Source of the DNA: a virus
Lineage: Duplodnaviria > Caudoviricetes
Strand: one strand, 5' to 3'
Length of the DNA: 64,000 nt
IMG/VR virus record: IMGVR_UViG_3300037461_000711
Span: 25,319-89,318 of that record
Shown here one piece after another: positions 17,260 to 26,482 of the stretch (its first letter is position 1; each line of letters opens with the position of its first letter). A program made the translations under genes and the position numbers. The notes under the pieces were generated by a model. That model searched no databases and was not told the DNA's origin. It saw nothing but the letters and a program-made list of their open reading frames with translations.

Positions 17260-18370
17260 AAAAACATTTTTTTAAAATATTTATTTTTATAAAAAAATAA
17301 ATTTCGGCATGTTTTTTGACTATTTCAAATTTAATGCCAAAAAATCAAAAAAAGCGAAAAACGACGATCTATTTTTTTGAATAGTAGGGTATGGCTAAAA
17401 AACAAAGTGTCATAAAACGCTTCTAATTGCGTTTAAAACGATTTTTGATTATGGCATGATACTTGCTAACTACATGAATTTACAAGCAAATAAATAAATC
17501 AAATTAATTTAATGAATTTCATTCAGTGGCATACTCTATGCAATTGGCAGATAACATGCCGAATTAAATAAATCGAATTCATACTATGAATCCTATTCAG
17601 TATATGAATCCCCTTCATTAATTAATTCTGATTAAATAAATAATCATGCCAAATAAATTAATTCTCATTCAAAGATTAAACCAGATTCAAATTCTAAATT
17701 AAATTCGTTTTCTAATTTTCATTTATTTTATTTTTCAAATTCAAAAATTAATTCCACCTCATTCTCTAAACGTAATTCAGAAATTAATAATAATTCATTT
17801 TCTGATTCCACTTCATTTCTTAAATCAGATTCAGATTATTAATAAAAATTATAACTTGATTCCACTTCACAAAATTAATAAGATTCACAATCTAAATCTG
17901 ATTCAGAATATAAATGTGAATTATAATCTGAAAGCAATTTATAAAATAAATCACAGTCAATTTCTAAATTGATCTAAGACACTATCTATGGTTCACCTAC
18001 TAAATACCATTCACTAACTAAATAAACCCCATAAAACAAACGAGATTCAGTCAGTATAGCCAGAGTCAGATACTATATGTGGGTCATTAATTAAATAGGG
18101 TTCTATTTATTGAATGAGAGAAGAGAGAATGAATGAGGTTCATTTAATTAATAGACTTCTATGGGATGACGATACGTTTTATTTATATATAAATAATATT
18201 TTATGAATGATATTCATTCGTTAGATACCATAGTATATAGTGAATAGCATTCATTAAATAAATAAGACCAATAATATGAATTATGTAAACTAATTAAATG
18301 AATGATATTCAGTAACCATCAGCCAATTATTGAATATCATTCAGTAAATAAATGAATGTCATTCAATAAA
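17260..18370. other. very AT-rich noncoding region with nine TGAAT-N4-TTCA palindromes (candidate origin, operator field or genome end)
   Basis: No ORF-track entry starts inside it. Palindromes at 17513, 17587, 17605, 18130, 18204, 18241, 18299, 18331 and 18353. Confidence 0.7.
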
Positions 18371-18757
18371 TAGCCCCGCCTCAGTCCATCTCGCAAGGGG
18401 GGTCCAGGCATCGCGCAATAGGGCCAACACCACAATTTTTTTTAGCTATAGAAATTTCAAGGTACTCATTATTCTCCTCAGCCCCCCATCTCACCACAAT
18501 TTTTTTCTGTCTAAAAATTCTATAGAACCCTTTTGTTTTAATTAACCCCAGGAACCCCCATAAATAGAATCTACCCCTATACGTGCCCGAAGCTTAATTT
18601 AATTTAATGAGAACCGAATAAAAGGAACCGGACTATAGAAATTAAATCAGGCAGACCCCCCCTCTTTGATCTGGCGTTCTATATAATAAGGTAGGGGTTA
18701 GGGTTTCGGAGTGTAAAAATTAATCAGGTTGGTCGAAAAATAATTTTACGATTTTTC

Positions 18758-18786
18758 TTGATTTTTGATTATTCGTGATTTATTCT
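18758..18786 (+). promoter_or_regulatory. sigma70-type promoter (rightward; probably leaderless first gene)
   Basis: TTGATT-17 nt-TATTCT, with ATG at 18794 seven nt after the -10 box. Confidence 0.55.
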
Positions 18787-18793
18787 CTACGAC

Positions 18794-19090
18794 ATGAAAA
18801 TCATTTATGGCAAAAACAAATCGCTTATGGCTTCTGTCAACTGGTCGCCGGTTGAGTCGATAATCTACACGAAGGGAGTTCTCACTGCTTTTACCGGCAA
18901 ACCCCCCACCTATTTATATTTGAGTTTGGATGCTCTGAAAGTCATTGAGGCTGAATTGTCATGGATTCATGGTGAAACCGTGACCAAGTTAGATAAAATT
19001 GTTGAAATGAAGGTGATGAAGCTGCCGGAGTGCCAAGGCATCATTATTTTAGCCTATGAAGAATTCGAGATGGAGGTAAAAAATGATTAA
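18794..19090 (+). CDS. hypothetical protein
   Basis: 98-aa ORF, first gene of the rightward arm. Confidence 0.6.
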   Translation: MKIIYGKNKSLMASVNWSPVESIIYTKGVLTAFTGKPPTYLYLSLDALKVIEAELSWIHGETVTKLDKIVEMKVMKLPECQGIIILAYEEFEMEVKND

Positions 19091-19355
19091 AGAAAAAGAT
19101 TTTGATAAGGAGTCGTGTCTTGGTTTTATTTATAGCAACTTCGATCATGTGCTTGAGGAAGAAAAGGTGCCCCTTCTCGAAACCTTGGGTTCTTGGGCTG
19201 AACACGGGGCTTATAATTTTTATGGTATAATCTGGTTTGAGAACAATAAATATAAGGAGGAAGTGTTTCAATACCAGATGAGTCAGGGGGTTTTCGAAGC
19301 CGATTCGATAGAAGACCTCATTAAAAAGGTTATAGAGATTTTTGGGAGCGAATAA
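19083..19355 (+). CDS. hypothetical protein
   Basis: 90 aa, SD GGAGGT. Confidence 0.65.
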   Translation: MIKEKDFDKESCLGFIYSNFDHVLEEEKVPLLETLGSWAEHGAYNFYGIIWFENNKYKEEVFQYQMSQGVFEADSIEDLIKKVIEIFGSE

Positions 19356-19376
19356 TAAATAAAGAAAGGTGGTAAA

Positions 19377-19682
19377 ATGGATGAGAGAATAAAGAACACG
19401 GTGGTTACTGCCCAGAATATTTTGAAAATCAGTTATGAGCAGTGCCCCGATTCTGAAGAAAAAACAACCTACCTTAATTTAATGGCTTTGCTGCAATTTA
19501 TTCTGAAAGTGGAAGTCTCGCCTGAAATAACCCTGATCTTGACGAATTTGGCTGTGCTGGCTGCATGTGATGCAGCAAAAGAGGTTCGGGCCTTGCGCCA
19601 GGTAGTCAATACGGTTTGCGACATGGTACTTAATAGAGAGAAGGAACAATTCAAACAATTTCTTAAAGAAAGGGGGCTGTGA
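19377..19682 (+). CDS. hypothetical protein
   Basis: 101 aa, SD AAAGGTGG. Confidence 0.65.
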   Translation: MDERIKNTVVTAQNILKISYEQCPDSEEKTTYLNLMALLQFILKVEVSPEITLILTNLAVLAACDAAKEVRALRQVVNTVCDMVLNREKEQFKQFLKERGL

Positions 19683-19834
19683 TGTCATTTCATCAAAGAT
19701 GGGGTCTGGCGTTGATTATCATTTCTGCTGCATCGTTGAACGTGACGGCATGGGTGGTGCTGCCGTTGATATTGGGGTGTGGGTTGTTTCTATACGAACC
19801 CAAGAAAAAATGGTGGATGAGAGACTATGAATAA
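19682..19834 (+). CDS. 50-aa hydrophobic membrane peptide
   Basis: Manual translation MSFHQRWGLALIIISAASLNVTAWVVLPLILGCGLFLYEPKKKWWMRDYE*; TGATG-coupled. Confidence 0.5.
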   Translation: MSFHQRWGLALIIISAASLNVTAWVVLPLILGCGLFLYEPKKKWWMRDYE

Positions 19835-20150
19835 ACTATCGGCAGGGTTTCTTTCGAAGCCAGAAAAAGACAGCTTATTTGACGAAATCTTGGCAATGGT
19901 CATTGTGGGTTTTTCATTGGTTGGGATGGCCGTGGCGATTTACCTACCTGTGACGTGGTATTTTGCTGATGAGAAGCCAGTAGCGATTCTGGAAGAAAAG
20001 AAAGAAACTGTGACAGAAGAGTTCATGCGGCGGTGGCAGATCATACCAGAACCGCCGGTAATAAAACCGTATGAAGACGAAGAAAATTCAGATGGCGATA
20101 AAACTTGGAAGTTTGACCCCGCAAACAAACCGAAAGAATGGTCGATATAG
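19827..20150 (+). CDS. single-pass membrane protein
   Basis: Hydrophobic segment ILAMVIVGFSLVGMAVAIYLPVTWYF. Confidence 0.65.
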   Translation: MNKLSAGFLSKPEKDSLFDEILAMVIVGFSLVGMAVAIYLPVTWYFADEKPVAILEEKKETVTEEFMRRWQIIPEPPVIKPYEDEENSDGDKTWKFDPANKPKEWSI

Positions 20151-20166
20151 ACTTTAACAGGAGGGA

Positions 20167-20535
20167 GTGATGGTAGACCGATACGATATAGAAAATGACT
20201 TTGCCGCTCAAAAAGAATTTGACGCAACACAAGAAGGAAGAATACTTAGTCTGGCCTCGCAAAACGCCGCCCTTGAGCAGCGCCTCAAGGAGCTGGAGGA
20301 AGAAATAGTCCTATTGGAAGGCGAAGTGGAAGCCTATCAGCGATCGGGCGATTTTAAGCTCGACGACGACACGGCCGAGAATAAAAGACTCCGCGCCGAG
20401 AACGAGCGGCTCCAGACCCGCCTCAAGGAGCAGGCCGAGCAGTACCAGGAGTTGATCGCAAGCCTGCACCGGCAGATAGCATTGGCGCAGAAGATGTATC
20501 CGTTCCTGCGTGATGAGGGGGGAGGTGCGGAATGA
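20167..20535 (+). CDS. coiled-coil protein
   Basis: Heptad-like LEQRLKELEEEIVLLE... pattern; SD GGAGG. Confidence 0.65.
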   Translation: MMVDRYDIENDFAAQKEFDATQEGRILSLASQNAALEQRLKELEEEIVLLEGEVEAYQRSGDFKLDDDTAENKRLRAENERLQTRLKEQAEQYQELIASLHRQIALAQKMYPFLRDEGGGAE

Positions 20536-20786
20536 AGGAGATATGGCTATGGGTGCAAGAAGTTGGTAATGCCCCCACAGATTCAGTGCCACACCCGGCC
20601 ACGTTTCATGGGTGGTACTACCCCGCCGCCGAAGTTGAGCGGCTGGTGGAGGCGGCTATATTCGCCAAAGTAGGGATTGACAACTATATCCACGGCGAAT
20701 GGGGTCTGAGTACGCTCCAAGAAGCCTATGACAAACTCTCAGCCGCCATCGCAGCGGTGGAGGGGGATGGAAATGACACTGCCTGA
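20532..20786 (+). CDS. hypothetical protein
   Basis: 84 aa, ATGA overlap, SD GGAGGT. Confidence 0.6.
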   Translation: MKEIWLWVQEVGNAPTDSVPHPATFHGWYYPAAEVERLVEAAIFAKVGIDNYIHGEWGLSTLQEAYDKLSAAIAAVEGDGNDTA

Positions 20787-21015
20787 AAAAGTAACCCTGT
20801 CATGTTTAAAAAAGGGTTGCCCACGAAAATTAAAAATACCGAGAACAAATCTTGAATCATACGTTCCTGCGGATACAGTAGAGATTAAGTCGTTCTGCCC
20901 GTGGCATGAGCAGCACGGTCATAAAGACGCTGGTGAGCGGTATTACAACACTGAAGGGATAGAACTCGCAGCGGTGGAGACCGAAGATGGTTCACAAAAT
21001 AAAGGAAAATTGTAG
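20773..21015 (+). CDS. small Cys/His protein
   Basis: Start placed at MTLPEKV; CLKKGC...CPWH. Confidence 0.55.
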   Translation: MTLPEKVTLSCLKKGCPRKLKIPRTNLESYVPADTVEIKSFCPWHEQHGHKDAGERYYNTEGIELAAVETEDGSQNKGKL

Positions 21016-21169
21016 AACATTCTATTGTGATATATGTGGTAAAAAGATTTTGTTAGATATAGAGGATGAGGAAATTTTAGTTAGCGGCTTTCTTGTAGTT
21101 TGCAACAGTTGCATACCTCAGTCAGAAGTCATATCAGAGGTAGAAAATAGTTGTGTAAAAAAGACTTGA
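20987..21169 (+). CDS. small Zn-finger protein
   Basis: CDIC...CNSC. Confidence 0.55.
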   Translation: MVHKIKENCRTFYCDICGKKILLDIEDEEILVSGFLVVCNSCIPQSEVISEVENSCVKKT

Positions 21170-21194
21170 CAAACGATTTTATTTTTGTTATCTT
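21166..21194 (+). promoter_or_regulatory. sigma70-type promoter
   Basis: TTGACA-17 nt-TATCTT with an extended TG. Confidence 0.7.
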
Positions 21195-21216
21195 ATTAGA
21201 AAAGGGGGGTGAGATA

Positions 21217-21438
21217 GTGAGTAGACAGTCAAGTGACAGCAGCTACCAGACAAAGCACGAAATTAAATTTATCAACCATCTTGGCGATCACAGGTCTACG
21301 GGCCGTTCTGGACTATCGAAGAAAGAAAACCTCATTCGGTATAGGGACATTCTACAGAATCGCCACGATTGGAACAACGGCCAGATTGACAAAGATGTGG
21401 TGATGAATCACATAGAAAGGCTAATTCAGAAACTATGA
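21217..21438 (+). CDS. hypothetical protein
   Basis: GTG start after SD GGGGGGTGA, downstream of the promoter. Confidence 0.6.
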   Translation: MSRQSSDSSYQTKHEIKFINHLGDHRSTGRSGLSKKENLIRYRDILQNRHDWNNGQIDKDVVMNHIERLIQKL

Positions 21439-21665
21439 AAACCCCAAGTGGTAGATTCTGTTATGTCTGCGGGTGCAAGATAACGAAGAAAAACACAGCC
21501 GGTTTCACCTCTCGTGGGGAACCGAATTCGCTCTGTAGGAGTTGTGGCAAAGAAGTGTCATACTGCCGCAAGTGGACAAAAGAGTCGAAACGGGCGATTC
21601 AGAAGAAACTGTATAAGATGTTTCGGCAGAGGTTGATACTTGAAAACCTTTTGCGATCCAAGTGA
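21435..21665 (+). CDS. small Zn-finger protein
   Basis: CYVC...CRSC; ATGA overlap. Confidence 0.6.
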   Translation: MKTPSGRFCYVCGCKITKKNTAGFTSRGEPNSLCRSCGKEVSYCRKWTKESKRAIQKKLYKMFRQRLILENLLRSK

Positions 21666-21834
21666 GCTTTACCGATTGGTGGAAGAATACTTCAGGTGGT
21701 TAGACGTACCCCTTGGTTGGGGGTTTGCCAAAAAGAAACATGAAACAGAAAGGAGGCTTCGGAAATACCTACTCACACACAAACCCGGCAAGAGATTGGT
21801 TGTTCGGCATAAACCCTTTTCCCGAAAGGTTTGA
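21640..21834 (+). CDS. small protein with C-terminal KRLVVRHK tag
   Basis: Ends HKPGKRLVVRHKPFSRKV. Confidence 0.5.
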   Translation: MKTFCDPSELYRLVEEYFRWLDVPLGWGFAKKKHETERRLRKYLLTHKPGKRLVVRHKPFSRKV

Positions 21835-21835
21835 A

Positions 21836-22114
21836 ATGAACGTCAAGCTGAGATTCAAGTTCAAGAACGGCTGCTCGGTGGCAATGCTTTACAACATCGG
21901 TGATCCCCCCAAAGGTACTCCCCCTGATGCTCATTATCTTCTGGAATCCGTCAGTCTGGTAGAAAAGATTCAGCACAACGGCGTGTGTTTGCAAATTTCG
22001 CCTGAGAATATAGGCAGCATATTTGTCCAACCGCCTGAGGAGCTTCGTCAGGCTCATAAGGAGATGAGTTATGGGTCTACAAGAAATTCTCGCCAGATCA
22101 GGCAAGCTTTGTAA
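21836..22114 (+). CDS. hypothetical protein
   Basis: Start placed at MNVKLRF. Confidence 0.55.
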   Translation: MNVKLRFKFKNGCSVAMLYNIGDPPKGTPPDAHYLLESVSLVEKIQHNGVCLQISPENIGSIFVQPPEELRQAHKEMSYGSTRNSRQIRQAL

Positions 22115-22304
22115 GATTCAAGGGTGTTGGCAGCACCGAAGAGTTCGACCCTGTGAGTCTTACGGCACTTGCCGGTTGCCTATATTCTCTGAGAAAGGCG
22201 AAGATTGTTTCATTTGTGGGGCTGTGGCGTTGAAACTTGAAGAGTTTTGTTACTATCACACTAAATTTGGAGCAAACGGCAATGGGAACGACAAAGAATG
22301 TTGA
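22071..22304 (+). CDS. Cys-rich small protein
   Basis: 77 aa with several Cys; SD AAGGAG. Confidence 0.55.
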   Translation: MGLQEILARSGKLCKIQGCWQHRRVRPCESYGTCRLPIFSEKGEDCFICGAVALKLEEFCYYHTKFGANGNGNDKEC

Positions 22305-22521
22305 GTTCTGCGCTGTTTGTGGATCAGAAAGCCAGAAAATCATTCTGACGATGCCTGAATCGTGTGGATATTCACGATTGGGGGCATACATTTGCCTTGA
22401 ATGTTGCCGAGAATGCTCATTTTTTGATGGTTGTGCCGAAATTCTATCCCTTTTTGACGCATTTTTGGCTAAAAAATCGGTGAAAGTTCGGCCTGTTGAG
22501 GGCATTTTGAGCCGAATTTAA
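22282..22521 (+). CDS. Cys-rich small protein
   Basis: CAVC...CLECCREC; start placed at MGTTKN. Confidence 0.5.
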   Translation: MGTTKNVEFCAVCGSESQKIILTMPESCGYSRLGAYICLECCRECSFFDGCAEILSLFDAFLAKKSVKVRPVEGILSRI

Positions 22522-22569
22522 GTGATTTTTGGGTAGGTTACACTGGCCAAATCTAACCCGGAAAGTGAG

Positions 22570-22842
22570 GTGATGCCCATGATGAGGTGCGCTAATAACG
22601 GGCTGGTGGTGCTGCTTGTGGCTATGGTGGCTATTTTGCCGATGCAGTTTCCATCCGCAGCCGTGAGTGCCGGTAGTTCCCCTGATTGGCGGTGGGATGA
22701 ACAAGGCCGAGTGTATGACGCAAGCGGTCAGTACAGAGTATTAACTCGGGAAGAGACTTGCAAGCTCTTTCAGCTAAAGTGTGATGATCTGCCAAAGATT
22801 AGTTCTGAACTATTTGCCGGTGACGGCGGTGGTAGTAAATAG
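22570..22842 (+). CDS. protein with signal peptide or membrane anchor
   Basis: Hydrophobic N-terminus GLVVLLVAMVAILPM; SD GAGGTGA. Confidence 0.55.
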   Translation: MMPMMRCANNGLVVLLVAMVAILPMQFPSAAVSAGSSPDWRWDEQGRVYDASGQYRVLTREETCKLFQLKCDDLPKISSELFAGDGGGSK

Positions 22843-22942
22843 GGGGTCGCATCCTATAAAACACGCTTTGATTTGAACCCTGAATTTGTGCCGTGGTTGG
22901 TAAATGCGACCACGGCACAAAACTCTACTATTAGAGGTGGAA

Positions 22943-23251
22943 ATGAAAAACATTCTTTTCTTTGTTTTGCTGATTGCCGGGGTTGCTTTGGTTATTTTGC
23001 AAACCGCTTCGAATATTGCCGCTTCAAAGGAAATGCAATTATTGATAACCTATAATATGGAACTTACCGAAACTCTTGAGCGATGCCAGAAAACGTATTT
23101 GACTTGTTCTGAGGATTTCGGTATAAGTAAGGAAATCAATTTGCGTCTTGTAGAAAAAAATCAAGAACTAATGGGACAAAATAAAATGCTGCGGGGTTTG
23201 GTCTATCAGGTCATACCAAACGCAAAAAAGAAAGCGAAAAGAGGCCAATGA
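22943..23251 (+). CDS. membrane-anchored coiled-coil protein (possible spanin-like lysis accessory)
   Basis: N-terminal hydrophobic segment MKNILFFVLLIAGVALVIL, near the NlpC/P60 gene. Spanin role is inference. Confidence 0.5.
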   Translation: MKNILFFVLLIAGVALVILQTASNIAASKEMQLLITYNMELTETLERCQKTYLTCSEDFGISKEINLRLVEKNQELMGQNKMLRGLVYQVIPNAKKKAKRGQ

Positions 23252-23445
23252 CTCCAATTTGTATAGTTTGCAACAAAACAAATGATCCCCTCATCCCGAT
23301 AAATGTGAGGCACGAGGGTCGTTTGCTTTTTGTGAAACACGTTCACCCCGGCTGCTACGAACAAAATAAGGAATGGGTCAAGAAAAAAGTTCATGGCAAG
23401 AACCCAAAATACTTCGTAATGGGGAGACGTTATGAACAACCGTGA
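23248..23445 (+). CDS. small Cys/His protein
   Basis: CIVC...HPGC; ATGA overlap. Confidence 0.55.
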   Translation: MTPICIVCNKTNDPLIPINVRHEGRLLFVKHVHPGCYEQNKEWVKKKVHGKNPKYFVMGRRYEQP

Positions 23446-23857
23446 TGTGGTTCTGCAAGTAGCTTGGTATTATCTTGGCAAGCCTTATATTTGGGGAGGC
23501 GACAACCCCCAAGGCTTTGATTGTTCCGGTTTGGTGATCGAATGCTTAAAGTCAATTGGCAGATTGCCTAGAAAGGGAGATTGGTCTGCTGATGGTCTTT
23601 ACAAGCTGTTTGCCCCAAAGATTCAGGCTCAAGATGTCGAACCGGGGGATTTAGTATTCTGGTATGATTCGACGGCTGAGAAATACGTTCATGTAGAGAT
23701 TGTCGTTTCGAAGGGGCTTTCGATAGGGGCTTCTGGTGGGGGTTCTTGGGCCACTGACGCGCAGTTGGCTTTCGTGCGGGGGGCATATATCAAGGTGCGC
23801 CCCTATGCGACCAGAGGCGGCGAGATGAGCTTTATTAACCCGTACAAAGGTGGTTGA
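23432..23857 (+). CDS. NlpC/P60 cell-wall peptidase (candidate endolysin)
   Basis: GKPYIWGG...FDCSGLV (catalytic Cys), PGDLVF, HVEI (His). Confidence 0.85.
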   Translation: MNNRDVVLQVAWYYLGKPYIWGGDNPQGFDCSGLVIECLKSIGRLPRKGDWSADGLYKLFAPKIQAQDVEPGDLVFWYDSTAEKYVHVEIVVSKGLSIGASGGGSWATDAQLAFVRGAYIKVRPYATRGGEMSFINPYKGG

Positions 23858-23858
23858 A

Positions 23859-24521
23859 ATGCCAACATTTGACGAAGAACCAGAAGAAGAGATTGAGGAT
23901 GTCGGGGTTAAAAGTACCCTGCCCACATCTTGGAAAAGTTCTGAGCGTCTTCGGGTTCGAACATCCAAAAACCCCACCAAAGATTTGCTGAAGCTCTATG
24001 TTTGGAATACCCTCTCGCCTTGCCACAAAGAAGAGTGCCCGATTCATGACCGTTGTCCCCACGCTACTGAGGATATTTCTGTCTGCAAGATTGAAAAGTT
24101 CTATATCGACAAAGTGGCAGAAATGGCGTGGAACAACTTCAATAAGAAATTCACTGAAGATCAGTTTTTTATGGTGGGTATGCACATTCTGCCCATGTAC
24201 CGGCACTTGTGCCGGTTGAAACTTTGGGAATGGTCTGTGCTTCACGTCATGTACGAAGACGAAAGGGGCAAGCGGCATATCAACCCCATTTATAAAGAGA
24301 TCAGAGAGCAGATCAAGGCAATCTCCGCACAATGGAAAGGTCTTGGTGTCGGCAACTTTCAAATTGTCGAACCGAGAAACCCTTGGGGTACGAGAGGCAA
24401 GCCCGACCCCAACTATGTCGATGATATGGAAAATCCCACCGAGTATTACGAGAAAATGCTTGAGGGTAAAATTCAAATACAATCCCCCCGCAGGGTGGTG
24501 CCGCTTAAACGGGCTAAATGA
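23859..24521 (+). CDS. putative terminase small subunit
   Basis: Immediately upstream of and ATGA-coupled to the large terminase; call is positional. Confidence 0.5.
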   Translation: MPTFDEEPEEEIEDVGVKSTLPTSWKSSERLRVRTSKNPTKDLLKLYVWNTLSPCHKEECPIHDRCPHATEDISVCKIEKFYIDKVAEMAWNNFNKKFTEDQFFMVGMHILPMYRHLCRLKLWEWSVLHVMYEDERGKRHINPIYKEIREQIKAISAQWKGLGVGNFQIVEPRNPWGTRGKPDPNYVDDMENPTEYYEKMLEGKIQIQSPRRVVPLKRAK

Positions 24522-26395
24522 AAAAACAATTGGTCATTAGAAAAAAGCCGGAGCCAAAACCCCCCAAGATCACAAGTTACAGAGAAGGGGCCGAGGGCTT
24601 TATTCTTTGGTGTGAGCACAAGGTTTGCATACCTGTTTACCCTCCTGATAGTGACGTGGCGGTTTATCTGCCGATTCACTCCTTGCCTGATTCTTTAGAC
24701 CCAGAAACAAATAGAAGCCCCGCCACATTTTGGGAAGAGCTAAAAGGTGTCGCTCGTCAATGCCTGAAGATGGAAAACAATCGTTTCGTTTTCAATCTTC
24801 TCGTTTTCTGTTGGATGCGCGGCGAAGCCAAGTCTCTCTTTGTCTGTCTCATTCAGCTTTGGAAGTTCTTTAACTGGCCCAGACAAAACATAGTCTTGGG
24901 GGCAAACAGTAAAGATCAGGTTAAGTTTGTCCACTTTGACATCATGGTTGAAATCATTCAGAACAGCCCCCGGCTTTTGTCGGCTGTGGGGGCAAAGAAC
25001 ATAAAAGAAAAAGAGATACGCTTAAAAGACCGTGAGGGCATTGTAAGGTCGATCATACGGCCCATATCGTCGTTTACGGGCATTGTTTCGAACATCACCG
25101 GCTACACCTTTTCAGAAATCTTTGCGATGAAGAACCCCAAATTCTTTACTCAGTTGGATGGTTCCATTCGTAACATACCGAACGCATTGGGGTGCATTGA
25201 TTCCACTGTTTCTGATAAAAACCATGTTCTCTATCAGTTGTATGTCAACACCCTGATTGAGCGCAAAACCAAAAGGGTCTTTTTCAGTTACCGGCATTCC
25301 AGACCACCAGATGGAGACCCCAAAGACTTCTGGCACCCCTACATGACAAGCGTTCAATTGGCGGACTACAAAGCCAAGTTCGTGTTTGGCGAGTTCGAAC
25401 GGTACTTTCTCAATTTGTGGGAAGCCGGTGTGGTCAACATCTTCAAAGACCCCATGATTGAAGAAATCTACTGTCTCGGCTTTGACAATGGCATTTTGAA
25501 TCATGAACCGTTGAAAGAAGCTCTTGGTAAAAAATGGGAATATATCGAAGCGATCAAATCGGTTGCCGAAAAGGGCTTAGATGGAGCCGTTGTCAACATC
25601 AATCAGAAGATAGACACGATTATGGGGAGAATTACGCCTGTCGATTCTCTCTATTCTCTTTTTGATAAGTATGGTTCACCACAACACATCACACTCGACA
25701 AGCTGAACGAAATTGGGGAAAGACTCGACACCGATTGGGCCATTCTTTCAGGAGCAGACTTTGGCGACCCTTACGCTCAGAGTGGCAGAGCAAGAACGAT
25801 TTTGACGATTGTGGCAAAGGGCTTACCCGGCAGCAGAAGCAACCCCGAAATATGGCTGCAACAGGTAGCCGACCCCAAGTATGTCTATTTTATCATTGGC
25901 TTTTACCACATCAAGGATCATTCTCTCGATGCTGTCAAAAAGATACTCGATTCGACCCATCTCGAATATGAGGGGCTTGATACGTATTGCAGCGAGCGGT
26001 TTGGTAACTGGGACGTTGCCGGTTGGTGTGAGGAGCGTGGTATTGCCTTTGAGCCTGTCTTTGCCAGTTATGACCGGCAGAAAGAGTGCTTCAAGGCCAT
26101 GTTTGAAATCATCAGCAAGGGGCTTCTCAAGTCCCCGAACATCGTAATACCGGGGGTGAAGGGCAAGAACCTGTTGAATGAAGAGCTTTCGGTGTTCATG
26201 CACGATTCGGTAAAGCGGTGGTTTGGTAGCCCAAGCAAAGGGGATAGATTAGGAGAACAAGACGATTCTATCTTTTCTTTGGGGTGGACTTTGTATGGTG
26301 GCAGAACCTTGACATCCGATCATTTTAGGATACGCCGCTCTTACGGCAACTTTGGTTGGGCGGGGGTTAATAATGCTCTTTTGGGGAGGTATTAA
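24518..26395 (+). CDS. terL: terminase large subunit
   Basis: ATPase half with variant motifs MRGEAKS and GYTFSE; LGANSKDQ; nuclease half GADFGD...QDDSIFSLG; sits upstream of portal and head genes. Confidence 0.8.
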   Translation: MKKQLVIRKKPEPKPPKITSYREGAEGFILWCEHKVCIPVYPPDSDVAVYLPIHSLPDSLDPETNRSPATFWEELKGVARQCLKMENNRFVFNLLVFCWMRGEAKSLFVCLIQLWKFFNWPRQNIVLGANSKDQVKFVHFDIMVEIIQNSPRLLSAVGAKNIKEKEIRLKDREGIVRSIIRPISSFTGIVSNITGYTFSEIFAMKNPKFFTQLDGSIRNIPNALGCIDSTVSDKNHVLYQLYVNTLIERKTKRVFFSYRHSRPPDGDPKDFWHPYMTSVQLADYKAKFVFGEFERYFLNLWEAGVVNIFKDPMIEEIYCLGFDNGILNHEPLKEALGKKWEYIEAIKSVAEKGLDGAVVNINQKIDTIMGRITPVDSLYSLFDKYGSPQHITLDKLNEIGERLDTDWAILSGADFGDPYAQSGRARTILTIVAKGLPGSRSNPEIWLQQVADPKYVYFIIGFYHIKDHSLDAVKKILDSTHLEYEGLDTYCSERFGNWDVAGWCEERGIAFEPVFASYDRQKECFKAMFEIISKGLLKSPNIVIPGVKGKNLLNEELSVFMHDSVKRWFGSPSKGDRLGEQDDSIFSLGWTLYGGRTLTSDHFRIRRSYGNFGWAGVNNALLGRY

Positions 26396-26482
26396 ACCGT
26401 ATTAATAACTGAATCTTGACAAGTATTTTTGGTTCGTGTAAGGATAGTCTCACTTAGGCTATCCTTTTTTATTGGCGAGCGA

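Noticed and set aside
26416-26444. TTGACA upstream of the DUF1353/portal genes as a promoter
   Set aside because: The -10 hexamer at 17-nt spacing (TAAGGA) lacks the conserved final T, so support is insufficient.
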